Below are positions 10,492-18,534 of a stretch of DNA of 32,000 nucleotides, one piece after another. The DNA is taken from positions 960,001 through 992,000 of the forward strand of contig NZ_AP013028.1 of assembly GCF_000829315.1 (NCBI RefSeq), written 5' to 3'. The position numbers and the translations under genes are program-made. Source of the stretch: Wolbachia endosymbiont of Cimex lectularius (GTDB lineage Bacteria; Pseudomonadota; Alphaproteobacteria; Rickettsiales; Anaplasmataceae). Each line of letters starts with the position of its first letter. Position 1 is the first letter of the stretch. The notes below the pieces were generated by a model. It was not told the origin of the DNA. It saw only the letters and a list, made by a program, of their open reading frames with translations, and searched no databases.

Positions 10492-10571
10492 TAACATCTT
10501 GCCTTGGCAACTTGGTATCATAATCTGCTGGAAATCCGCCAAACACAGAAACACTGTCTGTCTGCTTCTTA

Positions 10572-11432
10572 GAACCTGTTTAAAATCTTCGTAACAGGAG
10601 AGAAATGAAGGAGAGGACTATCATCTGTAAGCTAGTGTTGAGCTTCCGCTCGCAATTTTTCCACAATCGCCTGCACTTTTCTAACCAGGCAAAAGAGCGT
10701 TCAACAACCCATCTTTTTGGCAATACGACGAAAGTGTGTAACTCACTTCGCTTTATTACTTCAACAGTCGCACCAATGATAGCTTTTATTTGTGTTGCAA
10801 AATTTTCTCCTGTGTAGCCAGCATCAACCAGTATGTTTTTAACTTCAGAGAGGTTTGCTTTAGCATTTTCGACCATTTTCACAGCACTGCTACGGTCAGT
10901 TGCTTCTGCCGTTGTTACATAAATTGCATGTGGCAAACCTTGTGTATCAACTGCAATATGGCGCTTTATCCCTGAAATCTTTTTACCTGCATCATAGCCT
11001 TTTTTTTTCAGCAGTATCTGCGTTTTTAACGCTTTGAGAATCAATTATACAAAAGCTAGTTTTCTCTTTCCGACCATTGCTGATACGGACCTCTCCAACT
11101 AATTTTTTTTAAGACTAATTCCAACAAGCTTGGCTCTTCTCCATTCTTTTTACTCCACACTCGAAAATAGTAATATACGCTTTCCCATCTTGGAAAACCC
11201 TTTGGTAACATCCTCCACTGACAACCACTTTTTAAGACGTACAACACCCCACAAAATACGTCATACAAATCAAGTTTTCTTGGTTTTGTTTTCTGCTTGC
11301 TACTCTCCAAAATTGGCCTGATTTTTTCAAACTGCTCTTGACTTATATTACTTGGATAACTTTTCTGCATAGACACCTCATTATTAATCTATGCTTACTT
11401 TACCTCACATTTCCAAGATTTTAAACAGGTTC
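10572..11432 (-). mobile_element. IS5-family insertion sequence, copy 2 (861 bp)
   Basis: Same IRs as copy 1. Flanked by the direct repeat TTA (10569-10571 / 11433-11435). Same orientation as copy 1, 80 bp away. Confidence 0.93.
10580..11376 (-). CDS. IS5-family DDE transposase (three-frame organisation as in copy 1)
   Basis: OrfB is identical in amino-acid sequence to copy 1. OrfA differs at 3 residues. Homopolymers lie at 11103-11110 and 11000-11008. Confidence 0.85.
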
Positions 11433-11878
11433 TTAGATAAGCCCAAATAATCTTCTGCTACTTCTTTCACAGCATTTGGATATCCTGTGTATGATGCAAT
11501 GTTAACTTCCACTCCATTTGAAAGTGCAGATTGCAACACAGATTTTAATGTTTCCTCGTTTCTTATTCCGTCTGTATTCTTTAGAAATTTTCTTATATCA
11601 GCATCTGTTACTGCATTATTTTGAGTAGAATCAAGGTCACTTTTTCCTAACCTAGAAAAAGCATTATGCATATGCCCATTAGTGAGAGTGTTATCAAAAT
11701 CGAATATTAACAGGGCATTATTTCCTTTAGCCATATCTTCACCTCATAATTTTTACCAATCAAGGATAAAGGCTAACACTAATAGATTAATTATTTACTA
11801 TAGTGCTTTCAAGTTAATAAAAAGATAATAAGAAAGAAAAGCTAATAGTGTCGGGAGAAGACTTAAAAAGAGACAAGG

Positions 11879-13071
11879 TTACAGCATTTCACTAATCCAG
11901 TTATTCTTCTCTTGATCTAACCTATCATCTAGTATTGACTGCCTTATTGATTCCATAAGCTTATTCATGAAGAAAACATTATGAATAGTGATGAGAGTGT
12001 AGGCTAGCAGCTCTTTAGCTTTCAATAAATGGTGTATATAAGCTCTCGAATGTTTTCTGCAGGTAAAACACAAACAGTCACTTTCAATTGGATTACCGTC
12101 CAGCTCAAATTGTTGATTTCGCAAATTAACATGCTCCTTGCATTTTGAAGCAATAGAATTCCTATTTTTCACTTTAACAAGCGCGCCACCATGTCTTGCC
12201 AGGCGAGTTGGATGCACACAATCAAACGTGTCAATTCCAAATTCCACTGCACGAAAGATATCCACAATTCCACCAATACCGAGCAAATGAGTAGGTCTAT
12301 CTTTTTTTAAGTGCTCCATAGTAAAAGAAACTACATCATACATCTGCTCCTTACTCTGACCAAGTGATCCGCCTATTGCTTGACCGAAAAATGGTAAATC
12401 GTTGATAAAATCACAGCTTTCTCTGCGCAGATCTTGATATACTCCACCTTGGCTGATTCCATACAGTGCTTGTTTGCCATCATTACTTTTTTCAAGTTTA
12501 TTTAAAGAACGCTCAGCCCACCTGTGGCTCATGAGCATTGATCTTTGTGTGTATTCTTTGCTGACATGAAACGGGGTACATTCATCTAAAACTAGGATTA
12601 AATCCGCACTAATTTTTGTTGAATTTGTATAGATTTTTCAGGAGTTAAACAATAAGTTTTACCATTGATGTAAGAACGAAAAATTGCCCTATCCTCATTA
12701 ATTTTGATCAGAGTTTTTTGTTTCTTTCTTATTCCCTTTATTTCTTCTGAAACTGATCCGTGCCCCAGGCTAAATATCTGGTATCCACCAGAATAAGTTA
12801 GCATCGGTCCATTCCATCTCATCATCTTGTGCAAACCACCAAGTTTTGCTACGGTATCCTCTCTCGGTTGGAGCATGAGGTGATAGGTATTGGAAAGTAT
12901 TATTTGAGTACCAGCTTCACTGATTCTCTCAATATCCGCAGCTTTAATTGCAGCTTTGGTTGCACAAAATATAAATGCTGGCGTTTCTATGCTTCCATTT
13001 GGAGTTTTAATTGTACCAACTCTTGCAGAACCTGATTGCTTGGTTATTTCAAATGAGAACTTTTCTTCCAT
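11879..13071 (-). pseudogene. tgt: tRNA-guanine transglycosylase (queuine tRNA-ribosyltransferase), frameshifted
   Basis: N-terminal ORF (12598-13071) ends ...PEKSIQIQQKLVRI*. Shifting one base near 12603-12609 reads LGADLILVLDECTPFHVSKEYTQRSMLMSHRWAERSL and joins ORF 11879-12538. The Zn motif CLCFTCRKHSRAYIHHL is present. The conserved LTDSGGFQ reads LTYSGGYQ. Confidence 0.85.
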
Positions 13072-13596
13072 CTATTTGCTTGAAAGCTCTGCTATGATGT
13101 TTTCTACTTTTTCGGGAGTAAGATTTTCATAAAAATTGTCATTGATCTGCACAACAGGAGCATTAACGCACGCACCAAGGCATTCAACTTCTTTTAAAGT
13201 AAACAGATTATCTTTGGTAGTCTCACCTATATTGATCCCAAGCTTCTTTTTAAAGGTATTTAACACTTCTTCGCTACTGCATAACCAGCAAGGGGTTGTC
13301 CTACAAATTTGTATCAGATATTTACCCACTGGTTTTAAATTATACATGGTGTAAAAATTTGCCACTTCATACACGCGAATATGTGGAATATGCAGCATAT
13401 CAGCAACGTAGCGCATGGCAGACTCAGGAACCCATCCACATTGTTCTTGAACCAAATATAGTAAAGGCATAACAGCACTACCTTCTTTACCTTTTGGGTA
13501 CATCTCTATAAACTTCTTTGCTTTCTTGAGGTTTTCTGATGTAAAACTAAACTGCTCTTCTTTTTCTTTCATCTGTAAGGTCCATGTAAATCTCAA
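13072..13596 (-). CDS. nuoE: NADH-quinone oxidoreductase subunit E (24 kDa, 2Fe-2S)
   Basis: Contains [26 protein letters not shown] and [16 protein letters not shown]. The true start may be the internal ATG at 13573 ([10 protein letters not shown]). The stop abuts the tgt start with a 0-nt gap. Confidence 0.9.
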   Translation of the reverse strand: MRFTWTLQMKEKEEQFSFTSENLKKAKKFIEMYPKGKEGSAVMPLLYLVQEQCGWVPESAMRYVADMLHIPHIRVYEVANFYTMYNLKPVGKYLIQICRTTPCWLCSSEEVLNTFKKKLGINIGETTKDNLFTLKEVECLGACVNAPVVQINDNFYENLTPEKVENIIAELSSK

Positions 13597-13689
13597 CAGA
13601 TTATACTTAAAGGGTCAATAATTGCAATTAGACTTCTCGCATGAAAAGGCAATTATTTTTGGCGTTTTTTGTGTGCTCTTAAATTGCCT

Positions 13690-14030
13690 TAGCTATAAAT
13701 ATTAAGAAATTTACCAAACGAAAAAAAGGCAAAAGAACCCTGTGGTAGAAGTTGCTCACTTTCTAATCCTGCAAATTGGCGTACTATACTGTCTTAAACG
13801 ACTTATAAGCGCATTTCAGCTTGTATAGGGAAAAACCTAGAAGTCTAGGTAAAATTAATAAAGACATAAGGTGCACATAGTGTAAAAAATTAAACATAAG
13901 ACGCCAACCATAATACTCTTGTCGTTTAATCTGCACAGATGAAGATAACTAAATACCTCCAATTTTATAATAATGGGACTGGCGGAGGTTGTCAAGTAGT
14001 TTTTTTGTTTCAATTGTTGGTCTTTTAGAA
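13690..14030 (-). repeat. Promoter-bearing dispersed repeat, copy R1 (diverged)
   Basis: Shares conserved blocks with 18041-18427, 25890-26270 and 29274-29631. Starts TAGCTATAAATATTAAGAAATTTACCAAA. On the minus strand it carries TTGACA (13990-13995), 17 bp, TATTAT (13967-13972), pointing toward nuoE. The right boundary is approximate. Confidence 0.75.
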
Positions 14031-14819
14031 ATGGCGTTTTACAGTATCATACTATCTGCAGAGTGATATTGTTTATTCAACCAGTCTGCAAATTCCTTAC
14101 TGCTGCTTATTTCCCATATCTCGCTTTGTAGATCATGGTGACACTTATAATCTCCTTGCCCAATACAGTGGAATTGTTTGACAATCGTCTTAGGATGCCG
14201 ATCGCTTAAGAACTTTGATACTACAATTCCCGTTTTATAAGGATTATCGCTTGTTTGATCGTAATAACTATAATATATATTATATAAACTCAAGTTCTCA
14301 GACTTCACTTTATCGATTCCCTGCTTAAAACGAGCCTCACAGAAGGAGTTTTTCTCGAGTCCATCGCATGTTTTTTCGCATGCTATAAAGTCTGCACTTC
14401 CCTCAAAAACTGGCAATTGAAGCTTTGGCGACAAACCTTTAATGACTGGCTGATAAAACTTGAGAAACTGAATGCAATGGGCAAATTCATGGGAAATATG
14501 ATACTCAATAGCATCGTCAGAAAAGGGCGTGTTAAAAAGCAATCCATCCTTTTATTAAAAAAAAGAAATACATCTGAAGCTGAGAACTTTGAAAGCTCTC
14601 TATACTGGGGGTGGTTATTATTGACTGTGAGTCCAGTCCAAGTTTTCGGTGGATCGAAGTTGTGTACTTTTTTCAAAACTTCAGCAAGTTGATCCCTATT
14701 TTCCAGCATAAAAATGCGAAAATTTGCGTAATCATCAATCTGAACATCAAAAAACCTACAGCACCTCTTTAAAGTGTCATTGGTGGTTTCTTCGATGTTT
14801 TTTAATCTTTCACCGCTAA

Positions 14820-15679
14820 GAACCTGTTTAAAATCTTGGAAATGTGAGGTAAAGTAAGCATAGATTAATAATGAGGTGTCTATGCAGAAAAGTTATCCAA
14901 GTAATATAAGTCAAGAGCAGTTTGAAAAAATCGGGCCAATTTTGGAGAGTAGCAAGCAGAAAACAAAACCAAGAAAACTTGATTTGTATGACGTATTTTG
15001 TGGGGTGTTGTACGTCTTAAAAAGTGGTTGTCAGTGGAGGATGTTACCAAAGGGTTTTCCAAGATGGGAAAGCGTATATTACTATTTTCGAGTGTGGAGT
15101 AAAAAGAATGGAGAAGAGCCAAGCTTGTTGGAATTAGTCTTAAAAAAAATTAGTTGGAGAGGTCCGTATCAGCAATGGTCGGAAAGAGAAAACTAGCTTT
15201 TGTATAATTGATTCTCAAAGCGTTAAAAACGCAGATACTGCTGAAAAAAAAAGGCTATGATGCAGGTAAAAAGATTTCAGGGATAAAGCGCCATATTGCA
15301 GTTGATACACAAGGTTTGCCACATGCAATTTATGTAACAACGGCAGAAGCAACTGACCGTAGCAGTGCTGTGAAAATGGTCGAAAATGCTAAAGCAAACC
15401 TCTCTGAAGTTAAAAACATACTGGTTGATGCTGGCTACACAGGAGAAAATTTTGTAACACAAATAAAAGCTATCATTGGTGCGACTGTTGAAGTAATAAA
15501 GCGAAGTGAGTTACACACTTTCGTCGTATTGCCAAAAAGATGGGTTGTTGAACGCTCTTTTGTCTGGTAGAAAAGTGCAGGCGATTGTGGAAAAATTGCG
15601 AGCGGAAGCTCAACACTAGCTTACAGATGATAGTCCTCTCCTTCATTTCTCTCCTGTTACGAAGATTTTAAACAGGTTC
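14820..15679 (+). mobile_element. IS5-family insertion sequence, copy 3 (860 bp, opposite orientation)
   Basis: Same IRs as copies 1 and 2. Flanked by TAA (14817-14819 / 15680-15682). One base shorter than copies 1 and 2. Confidence 0.93.
14876..15570 (+). pseudogene. IS5-family transposase of copy 3 with an extra inactivating 1-bp deletion
   Basis: Copies 1 and 2 read TTTGCCTGGTTAGAAAAG (SFAWLEK...). Copy 3 reads TTTGTCTGGTAGAAAAG (SFVW*), truncating OrfB by 34 codons. A8 lies at 15142-15149 and A9 at 15244-15252. Confidence 0.8.
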
Positions 15680-16008
15680 TAAGATTCTTATGAAATACTT
15701 CCACTGTCAAATTACTTCCTTCAACACTATAAACATGCTTATCAGGAAGGATTCCACCCACCTCAACTTCAAGTTCATCTCTAGGCTCGTAGTTTGGCTT
15801 ACTAGGACCAAAGAATTCTTTAATGCTGCTAAAAAGGCTCATACAATTTTATGGTGTTGATATATCTATTATAGCATAATAAATGATTTCCGTCAAGGAG
15901 TACAGCTAGCTCAAGCTATATAACCGCTTACAGAAGCTTTAAGCAGTTTTGGTTTTATTGATATATTACCTCAGAATATAAAAAAAAATTAATTTATTAA
16001 TATTTTTG

Positions 16009-16038
16009 TTGACATTAGTATGTTAAAATAGCTATAAT
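16009..16038 (+). promoter_or_regulatory. Sigma70-like promoter for the 657-aa gene
   Basis: TTGACA (16009-16014), 18-bp spacer, TATAAT (16033-16038), 30 bp upstream of the ATG at 16068. Confidence 0.4.
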
Positions 16039-16067
16039 AACTTTTTATTAAAATTTTAAATAGAATT

Positions 16068-18041
16068 ATGTTTATATTAAATAAATTGCTCGAAGTTAAC
16101 TTAAATACGCTAAAAATTAAAGAAGCGACAGGTTTCAACCCAGCAAACATAGCGCTCATTGAGAGCAATGGAGTTGCTTATGGACTTAGCTATCAAGATA
16201 ACGGCAATGGAACCAGTAAAGTAAAATTACTCATTAGTCCACTATATCAATCAAAAGCATACGAGTGTGATACAGGTGTCAACGTAGCGAATGAATTCAA
16301 GAGCCAATTATCTCTCACACCAATAGAAAATTCAGCTGAAATGGATAAAGTTGGAATAATCTTTCCTGAAAAAGGGATTAACAGAGAAGGAAAAAACCAT
16401 ATTAAAGGCCTAACATTCAGCACTTACAAAATCAAGCATTCAACTAATGCTCCTTCAGTTGAGCATTCAGGTGAAACTAAATTGCAAAAAAACGCTAATA
16501 ATAGCAATCCTGCAAATAAAGATAACAGTTACTTTCAACCAAAAGCAGTGAAAGTTGACAATGGTAATGTTATTGTAATCGCCCATAATTTAAAGGATCA
16601 AACCCTAGTTTCTTGGTACTTAGAGTCAAAAGAAGGTGGAAAGTTCAAAGCTTTGCGTGTAGCAAACGGTGTCATAGAAAGAAAATTGTTCAAATTTGAT
16701 AATCCAGGACAATTGGCATTAAATGAAAACACGATGCTTTATGCGCAACCGAGCAAAAAGATTACCGAGGAAAATCAGGTGAGAAAAACACAAATTTTTA
16801 AATTTGATGTAGCAAAAGTAGTCCAGAGTTTGAAAGACAGAAAGGGAGCTAACGAATATCTGCTTAGTAAAAAAGAGTGTCAGATAGATGATAAAGCACT
16901 ATCCCTTTCTAGTAAACATAAGATAAGCTTTTTGCAGCATGTAAAGCAAACAAAGGGAAATGATCTAGTTGCTTTTCTTGCAAAAGGCCAATCTTCTAAC
17001 ACGCAAGAATTGCATTTAGCAAGCCTTGTTAAGAATGGACCAAAATCGGACTTTGTTATTCATAAATTTGAAGATCCTATAGATCAATTATATGTTAAAG
17101 ACAGTGGTCAAGGTTGCTTTATCACAACTGCAATAAGCGGAGAAAATATCATAATTTTTAATCACAGAAGATTCGAAAAACCTTCTGAGGTAACAACAAT
17201 ACCAGCAAATAGCATTAAAGCTCTCAACGATTTTGTAAATATCATTAACGGTCGATTGACGCCTAGTATTATTTCTAGCAGTACTGTAGCTCCTATAACT
17301 ACCACAGAGAAAGTTGAGACTTCTACGAAAACGTCAACCACTGCAATTACTGATACAACAAAAACTGACGCCGTGGAGACCACTTATCCTTCAACAGCGG
17401 AGTTAACAACTCAAACAAGTACAGTGTCTACAACAGCAACTGCTACTTCAAAAGCGACCACGGTCACTACAGAAGCTGGAACAAATACTGCAAAATCTAC
17501 AACAGCAAAGCCAACAACGCCTGTCACTTCACAAGCGACAACAGTTGAACGAGTCACAATGCCAACTCATGAGCCAATTACAAGCTCAGAAGAAACTACA
17601 CACACAGCATTTACTATACCAAGCACCAGAACAAGAGAGTTGACAACTTCTGCGTCTATCACAACTTTGCCTACTCAACAAACTTCTTCTCCGCATACAG
17701 TTCAACATGCTATAACGGGTCCTGAGGCAGGAATAATAGCAGGATCTGTACTTGGAGCAATGGGCATCGTTATTGGAATTATAGGATTCATAGTGTATAA
17801 ATATGTTCAGAAACATCGTCGTTATAATGCTGCCCCTGTGTTAGAGCTATCTGATTTAGAGTCACAGAATAGCAGTAGTGGAGAACTTTTTATCAGTAAC
17901 AGCAGAACAAGCAGTAACAGCAGCAGAAGCAGTCCTGAAATAGTGTTAGACAGCGTATCAGTGGAAAGTGGTAGCGGATCGAGCAGTCCATCACCCGAAG
18001 GCAGTATAAATTCAGGATCCAGAAGATCATCTTTGAGGTAA
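16068..18041 (+). CDS. Orphan single-pass membrane protein with Thr-rich (mucin-like) stalk and Ser-rich tail
   Basis: 657 aa. Has an approximately 400-aa beta-rich N-terminal region with no recognisable motif and no obvious signal peptide. A Thr/Ser/Ala/Pro-rich segment lies at about nt 17280-17700. A TM helix IIAGSVLGAMGIVIGIIGFIVY (about 17727-17795) is followed by KYVQKHRRY and a Ser-rich C-terminal tail. Confidence 0.7.
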   Translation: MFILNKLLEVNLNTLKIKEATGFNPANIALIESNGVAYGLSYQDNGNGTSKVKLLISPLYQSKAYECDTGVNVANEFKSQLSLTPIENSAEMDKVGIIFPEKGINREGKNHIKGLTFSTYKIKHSTNAPSVEHSGETKLQKNANNSNPANKDNSYFQPKAVKVDNGNVIVIAHNLKDQTLVSWYLESKEGGKFKALRVANGVIERKLFKFDNPGQLALNENTMLYAQPSKKITEENQVRKTQIFKFDVAKVVQSLKDRKGANEYLLSKKECQIDDKALSLSSKHKISFLQHVKQTKGNDLVAFLAKGQSSNTQELHLASLVKNGPKSDFVIHKFEDPIDQLYVKDSGQGCFITTAISGENIIIFNHRRFEKPSEVTTIPANSIKALNDFVNIINGRLTPSIISSSTVAPITTTEKVETSTKTSTTAITDTTKTDAVETTYPSTAELTTQTSTVSTTATATSKATTVTTEAGTNTAKSTTAKPTTPVTSQATTVERVTMPTHEPITSSEETTHTAFTIPSTRTRELTTSASITTLPTQQTSSPHTVQHAITGPEAGIIAGSVLGAMGIVIGIIGFIVYKYVQKHRRYNAAPVLELSDLESQNSSSGELFISNSRTSSNSSRSSPEIVLDSVSVESGSGSSSPSPEGSINSGSRRSSLR

Positions 18042-18427
18042 TACCAATTCCCACTATACAGAAAGCGATAGATAACAGTGGAAAAAAGCTATAACGTCAT
18101 CCGATAGAGACGAAAAACACTACTTGACAAATTCTTCCAATCCTTTTATCATAGTATTGAAGCTATTTGTTTAACTTCCCAATCTGTGCAAGTTAAAATG
18201 ACAAGAAAACTTGTATTTGGCGTATTATTGTTTAATTTTTCGCACTATGTGCACTGCATGTCTTTTTAAAACTTCGGGTTTTTACCCATACAAGCTGAAA
18301 CGCGCTTATAAGTCGTTTAAGACATCACCCAATGCCGGATTTTAAAATAGAGAGTGGAATAACTAGCTACCTCGGGGTTTTATTGTCCTTTTCTTCTGTC
18401 TGGTAAATTTCTTAATATTTATAGCTA
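18041..18427 (+). repeat. Promoter-bearing dispersed repeat, copy R2
   Basis: Near-identical over about 330 bp to 29274-29631. Carries TTGACA (18124-18129), 17 bp, TATCAT (18147-18152). Ends ...GGTAAATTTCTTAATATTTATAGCTA. Confidence 0.85.
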
Positions 18428-18534
18428 CCATCATTCCGCTACGTGTTAGCGGAATATACGTCAGATACCGCGAATGAATTGCGGTATGACAAGAACCGCA
18501 CTAGCTGTGCAACTTATGTTGCAGCTGCCGATAT

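Larger units (their letters stand above)
8861..11734 (-). pseudogene. HAD-superfamily (DxDxT) phosphatase-like gene with C-terminal repeat module, split in three by two IS insertions
   Basis: Pieces are 11436-11734 (MAKGNNALLIFDFDNTLT...YLGLSK), 10495-10568 (KKQTDSVSVFGGFPADYDTKLPRQDV) and 8861-9627 (REQQSQVGKNLHICRAIVNYKNN...VMLVDDSAGN...). Deleting each IS plus one TSD copy restores a single uninterrupted frame of roughly 380 codons. Confidence 0.85.
14039..15842 (-). pseudogene. HExxH zinc-metalloprotease-like gene (gluzincin, collagenase-like motif spacing), interrupted by an IS and frameshifted
   Basis: N-terminal piece 15683-15842 (MSLFSSIKEFF...VFHKNL) continues in frame at 14816 after in-silico removal of IS copy 3 plus one TSD (SGERLKNIEETT...). 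A frameshift near 14545-14570 then separates it from ...KDGLLFNTPFSDDAIEYHISHEFAHCIQ...(24 aa)...FEGSADFIA... Confidence 0.75.

Noticed and set aside
9631-11432. Two identical about 860-bp units separated by a short spacer, considered as a repeat-spacer (CRISPR-like) or tandem array
   Set aside because: The units are complete IS elements with IRs, transposase frames and separate TSDs. The 80-bp 'spacer' is an in-frame piece of the interrupted host gene.
11433-14819. Possible IS-mediated inversion of the segment between inverted IS copies 2 and 3
   Set aside because: Each IS retains matching TSDs on both sides (TTA/TTA and TAA/TAA). Both interrupted genes also reconstruct in frame across their own IS, so no exchange of flanks has occurred in this assembly.
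18198-18269. 23-codon ATG ORF (MTRKLVFGVLLFNFSHYVHCMSF) inside repeats R2 and R4, considered as a possible small toxin or membrane peptide
   Set aside because: The start codon is absent in R1 (AACGACAAG). R3 has a different frame and length, and there is no RBS. The conservation pattern is nucleotide-level rather than codon-level.
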